Shown: piece after piece, positions 49,301 to 59,873 of the stretch
How the letters are laid out: each line of letters begins with the position of its first letter
How positions within the stretch are numbered: position 1 is the stretch's first letter
Source of the DNA: Marsupella aquatica
Taxonomy: Eukaryota > Plantae > Marchantiophyta
DNA length: 64,000 nt
Assembly (NCBI GenBank): GCA_973895155.1
Contig: OZ316899.1
Coordinates: forward strand, 8,683,241 to 8,747,240
Reading direction: 5' to 3'
The notes under the pieces: model-generated
The model's database searches: none
The model's input: the letters and a program-made list of their open reading frames with translations, nothing else
Told to the model about the DNA's origin: nothing
Position numbers and translations under genes: made by a program

Positions 49301-51064
49301 TAGAGCAGTGTCCTGTACTGGTGCCGTTGCCGTTGCCGTCGCAACCCTCTTTTCCTTCTCCAGCAATTTTAGAAGGTTCTGCATGCCTGGTTGCTGCATC
49401 GGCAAGTCTTCCGTCCTCGGCCTAAACACTTGCTCGATCGTAGGACTGTTGGGCTGGTTGAGTTTCTCTGCTGCCGGCCTCTGGTTTGGAACCTCCTCTG
49501 GTGCCCTTGTCTGCAGGCGAAGTACTGAGGCAAAGATCTGACTCCGGGCATACCGGCACAACAGCGGCATGAGATAGCCAAGCCGAGACACACTTCCCTT
49601 GCCAATCACCTGTTGTTCCTCCTTCAAGATCTTCTTCAGTTGGGTGAGGAGGTACCCGTTGTAGTCCCGGCTTGGGTTTGGCCCTCATTCAGGTAGACTT
49701 GTGCCTTGCCAATCTCTGGCCTCGGCAGGTTGCAGTGCATGGTTACCCGCAAGAAATTGATCATCTCCCCAATGTGCAGGTTGGTGCAAGTGTTCCAAAA
49801 GAAGCCATTCTTCGTTGATGGTCCTGGGAACGATCAGAACTCCTTGTCTGACAAGGTCTTCCTGGTATCTACTTTGGTCTTATTGCCCATCGGCAAGCCA
49901 AACACCTCGGCAATCACCTGAGGAGTGAGATAGAAATCCCTCCCATACACCCTTGTGGAATTTGTCTCGGGATCCCATGATCCCACAAATTCTAATAAGT
50001 CAGCATCCGGCACCTTCGGCTTCAGCCACGGTAATTTCACGAAGGCTTCCAAGCCGGATCCGGCCATGAAGCCCTAGTACTAACTTCCAAGTTTGCATAG
50101 CCATAAAGCATGCATCCTCCTCTCCTGCAAAGTGTAATTGCACTTCCTTGGGGAGGGTTGCCGCCCAGCCTCTCCAGGTGTTATCCCTTGTTGGAACGAT
50201 ATTGATGGGGTCAACCTTCTCTTCTTCGGTTTCTCCCTGCCTCCTACTTCCTTGCTCGACCGGCTTCCTTGGTGCCGCCAACCTTGTTCTCTTTGCAGGG
50301 GTGGCCTCTTTGTTGTTGTACCCTTTCCTCTTCATATCGGTTGTCGTGGATGTTTCTCCGAGCAGGGTTGCCTTCGTCCACACCTCCGTGCTACCCTTCA
50401 GCTCCAAGTGTATGTCGTTGCAGCGGTTGATGGCTTCTCGGATGCCGACGATTCTGTTTTCACAAAACAGAAGGTCATCGAGCTGATTGGCAGTACGAGT
50501 CCACAAGAACTCGGCCTTGATAAGCTCTCCTCCTATGAAGACAAACTTCTACAGCTCTCACAGTTGAGCGAGCTCCTGCCGTTCTTGAGCTGCCCTTTCT
50601 GATTCTTTGTCCTTGTAGGTCCCAATGTACTCAGTTGCCCGTTCAAACAGGCATCCCCAAAAATAAGCAGCTTGATTGACGTTGCTCATACCCTCCTTGA
50701 GTTGATAGTCGGTATCTGCTCCCGCCCAGAGTGCTTGCCTAAGCAGCTGACAGTAGTTGCTTCACGTAATCATCTACTTAGTTTGTGCTTGCAAATGAGC
50801 CGCCATTCCTTGTGATTGGTCCTTACCCCCCCTTGCCTGGTCTTCCTTCCCGTTGGTTATCCCTAGACGCCGGCACTTAGCGTGCCCTAACCCTAATTGT
50901 GTCCCCTGCCGTGGCGTCCTTACTTCCGGCCCCGGCTTGGGTTCCATGGTCACCCTTAATTGTTTATATTTTCCTTGTTTTTGTTACTATACTAATGTGT
51001 TTTTAGGGTACACTCCTGGTTTTACCCTTTTAACTGGCCTAGTGATTCCTGGCTAGGCATCACA
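46356..51064 (-). repeat. 3' LTR of Gypsy-2, ~4.7 kb
   Basis: Termini TGTGATGC...GCACCACA on the minus strand; the PPT-like tract and integrase tail (SGELCDA) abut 51064 as in Gypsy-1. Only 87 bp of the partner LTR is visible. Confidence 0.8.
47124..50700 (-). pseudogene. Decayed LTR-encoded ORF of Gypsy-2 (ORF-A-like domain followed by long coiled-coil)
   Basis: Fragments 50000-50506, 49834-50067 (aligns to ORF-A), 49100-49627, and 48183-48521 plus 47124-48005 (coiled-coil). Confidence 0.72.
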
Positions 51065-51939
51065 TAGCTCCCCACTTAATGGTGAAGCGTCCTTGCGAAC
51101 AACTTCATCTTTGTGCATATAGTATTTCTTGAGGCGGTCGTAATGAATGCAAACTGGGTACACCTCTCCAGTAATGTTGGCCAATTGTACGGAGCCATTG
51201 GAGAACTTCCTGGTTACCCTGAAGGGTCCTAACCAATGAGTGTAAAGTTTAGCTGGAAACCTCCTATACCTACTATCATAAAGTAATACAAGATCTCCTG
51301 TGTGAATACTAACTGGTTTCAACTTCTTATCATACTATTGCTTCATTGTATTTTCTATATTCTACTCTCTCTGCTGAAATCATTCTTTCCTCTTCTAAGG
51401 CTTCTAATTTATATTCTTTCTCCTTTAGGCTTTTTTCCTCTGAGGCTCTATCCTTGATTGTAACTTGAAATGTGGGAATCTCAAGTTGCATGGGAACCAA
51501 AGCTTCCTGTCCAAAGGTTAAGAAAAAGGGTGTATGACCGGTAGTGGATTTATAGCTAAATTGTAAGCAAAAACAACAGCAAACAATTTGTCATCCCAAT
51601 TGAGTTTGTTTTGGGCTACAGTCTTGTTTAATATTTTTCCTATAATTCCATTGGCTCGTTCTATCAACCCATTTGCCTTTGGGTGGTAAGGAGTAGCAGG
51701 CCTATGCCTAACTAAATACTGCTCATTTAAACGACTGATTACATCATTTAGAAAATGGGTTCCTCTATCACTAACTAATTATAGGGGTGCGCCATATCTA
51801 GTGAAGATCTGCTCATACATGAATCAAGCCGTAGTAATTGCATCGTCCTTCATTGTTGGCCTGGCCTCTACCCACTTAGTTGCATAATCTGTGGCCAGGA
51901 TTATGTACTTGTTTCTCCGAGGATGGGTCAATGGTTTCA

Positions 51940-52506
51940 GAGTAAAGCTACATCATCAGTTATCAGTGTTTTCCATCAGTCGACCTGATATCAGTCGCCA
52001 CGTCATCTTAGAGAGGCCGCCAAGTTGGGGCGCCGAAAAAAAATGCAAAAAAAAACTTTTGTGCATCTCAACTGATCTCGCCGAGATTGGCGTAAGGCCA
52101 AAAAAAATGGAAAAAAAAATTAAAAAATTCCAAAAATTCTCAAAAAAAATAAAAATCCCCAAAAATATTTTTTTCACTACGGGTGTCCGTACCGTACGGA
52201 TACCGCTTCTCGGCGAGACCCGCCGAGATAGTCCGATGTCCGTACGGTACGGACACCAAATTTTGTCGGAATTTTTTTTTAGATTTTTTTTTTTTTGAGA
52301 ATTTTTTGTTTTTTTGTCCTTACGCCGATCTCGGCGAGGTCAGCTGAGATTGACTCAATCTCAGCTGCCCCAGCTGAGATCCTTACGCCGATCTCGACGA
52401 GGTCAACTGAGATGCGCGAAAGTGCGAAGGCCCTATCTCAGCTGCTCAGCTGAGATTCAGAAATTTCAATGCGACCAAACTGATAACTGATGATCCTCGC
52501 TACCCC
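51940..52506. mobile_element. Foldback MITE, Mutator-type, 567 bp
   Basis: 9-bp TSD ATGGTTTCA (51931-51939 and 52507-52515). TIR core ATCATCAGTTATCAGT lies 12 nt in from each end. Excision restores integrase DYIGPLKPLTHPRRNKYI. Confidence 0.92.
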
Positions 52507-54442
52507 ATGGTTTCAGGGGTCCAATGTAATCAATACCCCACTTCTCAAATGGTGCCAGAGGTAGAACAAGGTGCAGTGGATGTCTTGTGGACGCCCTTGG
52601 TCCTCCCGTTTGTTGACAAGGATGCATTGTTTGATAAACTAATACACATCCTTGTGCAAGGTGGCCACCAGTAACCGACATCTAATATCTTTTTAGACGT
52701 GGTTATTGGAGCAAAATATCCTCCGGCTTCCTCTCCATGCATAGCCCGTAAGACTCGTTTTACCTCTCCCTTCTCCAAACACCTTTGAAGCGTGTTGCTG
52801 ATCCCATACCTGTGTAGCACGTCTTTAATGCACTTATAGTGTCCGACCTTCCGCAAAAAGACTGCGGCTTGATCTCGGCTTAGCCCTAGTTGTAATCTGG
52901 ATGTGCTGAGAAATTGTAAAATCTCAGGGTATCATGCATCAGCTATTTCCACAACAAATAGCTCCTCGTTGGGGAATCTATCATCGATGCAATCCGTGGC
53001 GGGTTTGCCTGTGATCCTTGAAAAGAAGTTGGCATTGGCGTGTAGCTTTCCCGGTTTGATTTTTAGCTCGTAGTCAAATTCCTATAATAGAAATATCCAT
53101 CTTGCTACCCTACCTGTAAGGTCCGGCTTGTTCACTAGGTACTTCAAACTTTCATGATCAGTATGAAAGATTACCTTGTACCCTAGAAAATAATGCCTAA
53201 ACTTTTTACATGAATAAATGACTCCTAATGCTTCTCTTTCTGTGGTGTAGTTTCATTCAGCATCGACAAGCTGGCGGCTTGCAAAGTATATAGGATGGTC
53301 CCTTCCTTTCTCATCCAATTGACTTAGTACTGAGACGATACAGAAGCCTAAGACATCTACAAAGACATGAAAATCCTTGTTCCAGTCTGGTGCTATCATG
53401 ACTGGGGCCTCAACTAACATTTGCTTTAATTCCACCACTACTGTTACTCGCTTTGGTGTGGGTTCGAAGTCTGCGCCTGCCTTGAGCATGTTGGTTAATG
53501 GTAAAGCTAGCTTGGAAAAATCCTTGATGAACCGGCAACAATAGCCAATGCACCCCAAGAAGGATCTCACATTTTTTATGTTCTTAGGTTGCATGATATC
53601 TAGCCACACTGCTAGCTTACCCTTGTCAATCTCAATGCCCTTCTTCGATACCTTGTGACCTAGCAACACACCTTTCGTAACTCCAAAAAACACTTATCTA
53701 GGTGTAACTTGAGACCTACCTCTATGCATCTCATGAAGGTCTTCCTGAGGTATGTAGCATGTTTTGATGCCTTCCCAAATACTGCAAAGTCATCAATGAA
53801 GATTTCCATGAACTTTCTCAAGTAGTTATGAAAAATGTTCACCATTAGTCTTTGGAACATAGCGTGTGCGTTATAGAGTCCGAACGGCATATGATTGAAG
53901 ACATAGATCCCCCATTCCGTGATGAAGGCTGTCTTGATTTGGTCCTCCTGCCTAATCCTGATTTGGTTATAACCAGAGTACCATCCATGAATGAGTATAG
54001 TTCATGATTGGCTACCATGTCTAGTACCATATTAGTAAAGGGTAAAGGAAAATGATCTTTCAACGTAGCCTCATTTAACTTCCTGTAATCTTGACAAACC
54101 CGGATCTTGGGTTTACCATCAGGTCCAACTTTCTTGGGAACTATCACAATTGGAGACACCCAGTCTGAGTGTAGGACTGGAGTGATGAATCCGGCTTCCA
54201 CTAGCTTGTCAATTTCAGTTTTGACCATCAGGGAATACTTAGGGTTCATCCTTTGAATTGGTTGTCGAAACAATTTGGCCCCTAACATTAGATCAATTCA
54301 GTGTTCTCCTAATTTTGGGTCTACTCCCTTCAGGTCTTGGTGGCTCCATGCAAACACATCCTGAAATTCAATCAGTAATTCACTGATCTCCTTCTCAAGC
54401 TCAAGTGCTAGGTCCCGCCCTAAGTTCAGTTCCCTTCCTTCT

Positions 54443-56374
54443 TGTTAAACCTACGATTAACCCAACTTAACCCTTCTCTATTCATTCGCGTTTGTATTAA
54501 CCAATTAATTGTCCAACAACAAGGTAATCTAGTAAATCATTTTCATATTCTGAGCATGTAATTTCAGCTGAATGTTCTTCAATGTCTACTTCTTCTTTCC
54601 ACTTCCTAGGTACAATCGACTCTGTTAATACTAATCCTTCCCTGTATACAATTTCTATAAATCCACACCACTCATGATAAGTGAAAATACAAATTGGAAT
54701 ACTCTCTTCCCTTAACCGACGAGTAATTAGGTGCAAACCAATCGAACGATCCACAGTTCAATTGGCTTGAGCCTAATTAGCGAGGAATTCTTCCTATCCT
54801 TGTCGCTAGTATTCATACTTCCAATGATTGTGATCTGATTAGATCCAATCATCTCATTGATACTCCCACCAAGAGTTTGATCAATTACTTATGTGCGAAG
54901 TAGATCAAGAAAGGCTATTCGTAAGTAGAATGTCAATTCAACAATTACTCCGTTATGCTGCAGGTGTATGACAATTAGATTGTCATTCTCGAAACACACA
55001 CACCTCAGCCAGACTCCATTGCTTATGAGTTGTCTGTTGGTTTGATTCCGTAAGGTGTTACTCCTCAACGTGCTCACCCTGAGTGAATTAATCCTCATTC
55101 ATTCTTGCGGTCGGAATATGGCCGTCTTAACATACTTCTGTCTAATCATCGGTTTATAACTTTAACAGATTCAACTCTCTTTATAATTCCGATTGTCTTA
55201 CTCAATCTTCTTTTTAATTTTCCCTCTCCTCAATTCTGAATACCTTCACTCTCAATTCTTAATCTCGTAGTCAATCACCATCTCTTTCTGTAGACCCTCT
55301 CACCAAGGTACTCATCCATGAACAATTCATCAGGTTGTGTCATAATGATTTCTTTACTTCTCAACATCAAAAATTCTACTCACATCTGAGTAGGGAACAC
55401 TTAAACAGATCTACTAATCATCTTAAGGAAAGTCTGGCTTCGCCTTTCAATCAGATTACCTATTGCAAAAGTGACTCCCTGTTCTACGCTCTTGCCTGTC
55501 TTAAATACTATCTTTCGGCAAAATTATCGGTCTTCAAACTGTCCGACTAACAAAAATGGTTATCTAACTTACTAATCAAACATAACTGCATAGCAGTTAA
55601 TAAACTGTTGTTTTGCGGTTACTAAACCGCAATCCGTGGTTTCCGGTTGGTATACTCTGTTCAACTAAGACTACTGCATCGAACATCTATGTAAGCGATT
55701 GGTGGTTGGAGTCGTGGTTTCTGAACTGCCAACGGTTAAGCTTCTCAATTCTGATGTCACATGATAAACATTCAATGGATCTTCTGGTTCACTAATGTTC
55801 CAAAAAACGATTACTCGTTCAGCGGCAATTAGCCTCCAGCAGTGACGTTGTCGTTGATCGAGTTCTCGTCCCAACGTCAGGTTCCACTTTGATGACATGA
55901 CTCCCCTACAAAATTCTTCAACAACTTCTTGAGTAGTCAACTATTGTTGGAAAGTTTCACCATTCATGCCGAAAAGTTGTTGCCCTGCTTCATTCCATAC
56001 TCGACAGTCTCCCTCCCTAAGGCGGATCATAAATCGAAACATGGGCTTCCCCTCTCCTATGAGCTTACAAAAATGAGTGCCTCTATCCCTACTGAAAACG
56101 TTTGATCGTTCTTCTCCCCTTTGCCTTCGTTGTCTTGCTTTCACCCCCAAAGCGCAATCTCTGCCGTCTCCTAGCTTGGTATTGCATCCTTCATAGCAAA
56201 ACCCTAATCCGGTACTACTCCAAATAGCAAAAATTGTCGTGCCTTCTAATGTTAGTCTCCCATCCATCTTACTAAGCTATTTCCACCTGCTATTGATCCC
56301 CTTAAATACTTGATCTATTATCTTCCGCTTGATGTTTCTCCCCTAATTCTACTTAATTATTTCCTTGGTTTACA
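54443..56374. mobile_element. Solo LTR (1932 bp) of a third retrotransposon family
   Basis: TGTTAAACC...GGTTTACA with 5-bp TSD CTTCT on both sides. Removal restores RKLDLGEGRELNLG of Gypsy-2 pol. Confidence 0.88.
55671..56267 (-). pseudogene. RPA70 C-terminal (Zn-ribbon OB-fold)-like ORF inside the solo LTR
   Basis: FCYEGCNTKL...C, then PMFRFMIRL..D.RVWNEAGQQLFGMNGETF, resembling the Rep_fac-A_C pattern. One in-frame stop at 55941. Confidence 0.45.
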
Positions 56375-59300
56375 CTTCTCCTAAGTCAAGCTTCCGGTAT
56401 TGCCATGCTTGGATCATATTAATCTGCTTCTTCAAATTTGGGTCCAGCTCAGCTTCCAGCCTCTCCAGTCTCATCCCTCCATAGATTGGAATCTTGGCTG
56501 TATTAGCCAAGTTGGTTGACTTGATTTCTCCCTTGTTATCCGCAAACTGTTCCCTTGCTGGTCTATTTGATTTTGAATTGGTGGTCGGCTTCCCTTCCTA
56601 ACTCAGCTCTAGATTGGTTTTGTGCATCTCATCTATTCCTGCTTCCTGAGGGTCCGGCTGTTGTGCTCTTCCGGCTTCTAGTAGGACCTCAATTTGTTCT
56701 GCCCTCGTGATCGGCTTGTAAGCCGATCCCTTAGTATTTAATTTGTTGCCAATGATAGACGACGTTGTGGATCCCGTCGGCTCTGCTACAACGCCTGAGG
56801 AAAATCCACTGTCCTTGGTGCAGCTCCCTACCTAGCCGTTTCATCCAACTAAACCACCTCTTGTGCTTCCTCCAAAATTGAAGCTAAAAAGGTGGACTCT
56901 ATGGCAAAGCAGTCCTTGGTCTCTTCTTCACATTCCTCCAAGTCACTTTCCATAGGTTTGTGCCATAGTCCACTCGGGGGCATTTCTGGTCCAAAGACCT
57001 TTTCTTTGGTTAGGTCAGTGAGGCATTCTAGTCAGCGTACCTCATCGGCTGACTCCAATCCATTGTCGTACCCGTCTACCTCCCTGATGCTTCTCCTACG
57101 GTCATCCTTGGTGTCCCAGGATACCGTGATAGAGGGGGTCCCAAAAGTGAACTCCTTCTTACCCCAATCCTCTATTACCTTGGCTAGGTACAACCATGGC
57201 CTGCCAATCAATAGTCGCGATGACGTAGGGTTTAGCGGCTTCATTACTACATAGTTAATGCTAAAGAAGATACCTCCTATCTTAGTCTTGATGCCGGTTA
57301 ACACTCCCTGGGAATGACCTGATACCCATTGGCCATGTTCAACACTCTTCCAGTCATGTCCGACGTTAGACCCCACCCTTTTGCTGTTGAATCAATCATA
57401 ATACATACCTCTGATCCTCCATCGATGGGTACCCGCAATAGTATTTCTCCTTGAATCATTAATGGTAATGCTGGGGCTCCTTGATCTTCTTCTATCATCA
57501 GCACGTCGGAACTGGTCGCTACCTTGGGTAATCTTGGCTTGCCAAGAATTGCCTTCCTTAACTATTTCCGGAAGTACGGGCTATTTTTCAACAGTTGACC
57601 TACTGTTGCCAAGACTCTAGATTCTAGTACATCTTTAGCCAGGTCATAGGGGACTATCGGCTTCTCTTCTGGCAGTGTCTCCATCTTGGCTTCGGCCTGT
57701 TTTTTCACACTAGTTTCCACAGGCGTTGGATTTTCAGAAGCAAACAATGCTTTTGCTCGTTTCACATCCTTGGCTATGGCTTCAGTATTCTCCAGGGTTT
57801 CTAATTCTCAAAGTTGTTCTTTAACACTTGCCGTAATAGAGGGGTAGAATAACTTGGGGTGATCTCGATTGAAGTTGTTGTCCTGTGAAGGATTGGGGTC
57901 ACTGGTGAACTCATGGCTTACCTGTGTTGCCGGCGCCTTACCCTCCGTTGATGTTGACGAAGAGTCGATCCTTTCTTCCTTAACCTTCCCTTTATTTTTG
58001 GCCAGCCCATCCCACCTTTCCTTCCTTCTGGTGGATCGAGTAGAGACCCGGTAGCAATCATGATCCAAATCCTCTTTTGAGAATGTTGATAGGGCCTCGG
58101 CCTCATCATTAGATGGTCCAAATTCTGCCTTGGCATCCATTTGCCATCCAAGTTCAATGTGGTTGATTTGAACTCCACCTGGGGTAGTACCTGGTGGCAA
58201 GACCTTGACTGGCAAGAGCTTATGATTTGCGGCCAGTCTTGCCAACCAAGTAGGACATTGTCCTAGCATGTGACCCTCCTATCGGCATCCCATACATAGC
58301 TGAGCTGGTTGTCCATCACCTTATTTGCGTGCATTCGGGCATTTTCTAGCAAAATGGTCAGGTTGACCACAATTATAGCATGCCGCAAATCTTTGCACAT
58401 TTGGCCTAGGAGGTACTGACGGATTCTGAATAATCCGAGGATACATCTCTCCTGGATTGTTCCTTAATCCTGACCAGAGAGATGCAGGTCAGTTGGATAG
58501 GTCTTGTGCTCCAGTCTCATTGATGCCAAAAACACTATCAGCGGCATCCCCTAGGAAGTACTCTACTTCTCCTTGACATGGTCTGACCTCAGCTACATGC
58601 CGAACATGACTAGTATTGAGTTCAGGACATGCATCTTTATGGTGTCCGGTTTTATAACATAAGGCACCCCATACAGAGCTATCTTCCACTACTACTTTCT
58701 TCTTCGGCTTTACCTCTGCTATTATAGCCTTTAGCTGATCGGTAAGAGCTACAAGTCATCTGGAGCCTCTAGCTTGACTTTTAACTTCCCCCTCCTTCTG
58801 CCTTTCTTTTTCCTAGATTTTTCTTCTTCAGAACTAGAAGATGGCTCACTCTTGCTACTTCCACTATCCGATCTTGAGTTATCACTTCTTGACTTCTTAG
58901 AATGTTTCTATTTCTTATCTTTTTTCTTATGGGTTGATCCTTCCTCCAATGAGGAACTCTCAGACTTGAGCTGTTTCTTCCGGCTTGTGATATCTGCATT
59001 AATGTATAATTGAATATCTGTAATTGCCTTGGCTAAAGTCTCTGGGTTCTCCTTCCTAATTGCAAAACTCATCTTATGTGGCAAAGCATTCACCAACCAT
59101 TGAAGTTGCATACCTTCAGATGCATTGGTCTTGGTACGTCTTACCAGCTTTTGGAAGCGTTGCAAGAACTTCCTGAAGGATTTGTTCTCCTTGAACCAAA
59201 GTCGTCCCAACTTCAGCACTGCTAGCTCTGAAGTTCCAATGGGTCAAAACTCTTTGACAAATAGTAATTTGAAGGTATGCCAGATGGCTTGATCTTCCAC

Positions 59301-59786
59301 ATTCAATGCTCTGTACCATGGCCTAGCCTCACCCTTGAATAGGTCGGGAAGAATTTGCATCTTGATGGCTGACTCTCCATTCGCTGCAGCGGTTCCCTCA
59401 AAGTCATCCAACCATTCGTCAAGATCCTCATCTCCTCTTCCATGAAATGCCTTGTAATGAATGCGCGACCGTTGGCTCAGTCTGGTTCCTAGCCTCTCGT
59501 CTGGCCGTGCCTCTGGTTCCCCCATGTCGGTTGGGGACTTACTTCTCCTTACCGACTCTTCTTCTGGTATTTCTTCTTCGACGCCACTTTCAATTACGAA
59601 GCAACTAGCTCTTTTTTCCCCTCTCAGTCGCTGAGTATCATGCCACTCGGCGAGCTGTTGCAGGCGAGCTCTCTCCCATTGAATCGCTCTTTCCTCCCTC
59701 GGTGTAGGTTCAGTCATTACCTACACTTCCTTCCTAACTTCATATCTCATGGCTTAAGAAATTCCCCCTCCATCTAGCGCCAAAAA

Positions 59787-59873
59787 TGTGGTGCGTCCCA
59801 TGGCTCCCTAAACCCAAGAAACCCCCCTGCACAAGCCGATTCTTGCAGGTTTTGCTCTCGGCTAGGCCGGTTC
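59787..59873 (-). repeat. Visible 87 bp of the Gypsy-2 5' LTR
   Basis: Matches 46356-46430 (with an indel) up to GGCCGGTTC, then switches to GGGTATGAC. Confidence 0.85.

Larger units (their letters stand above)
51053..59717 (-). pseudogene. gag-pol: gag-pol of Gypsy-2, many stops/frameshifts, two insertions
   Basis: SQRSRIHYK..DEWLDDFE, PIDGGSEV, LIGRPWLY, DWVSPIVIVPKK, FIDDF, PFEKWGIDYIGP, WLGPF. Confidence 0.92.
46356..59873 (-). mobile_element. Ty3/Gypsy element 'Gypsy-2', older relative of Gypsy-1; 5' LTR cut by Mutator-like copy 4
   Basis: TGTGGTGCGTCCCATGGCTCCCTAAACCCAAGAAAC occurs at both 46356 and 59787. Same PBS (59765-59782); degraded gag-pol collinear with Gypsy-1. Confidence 0.9.
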
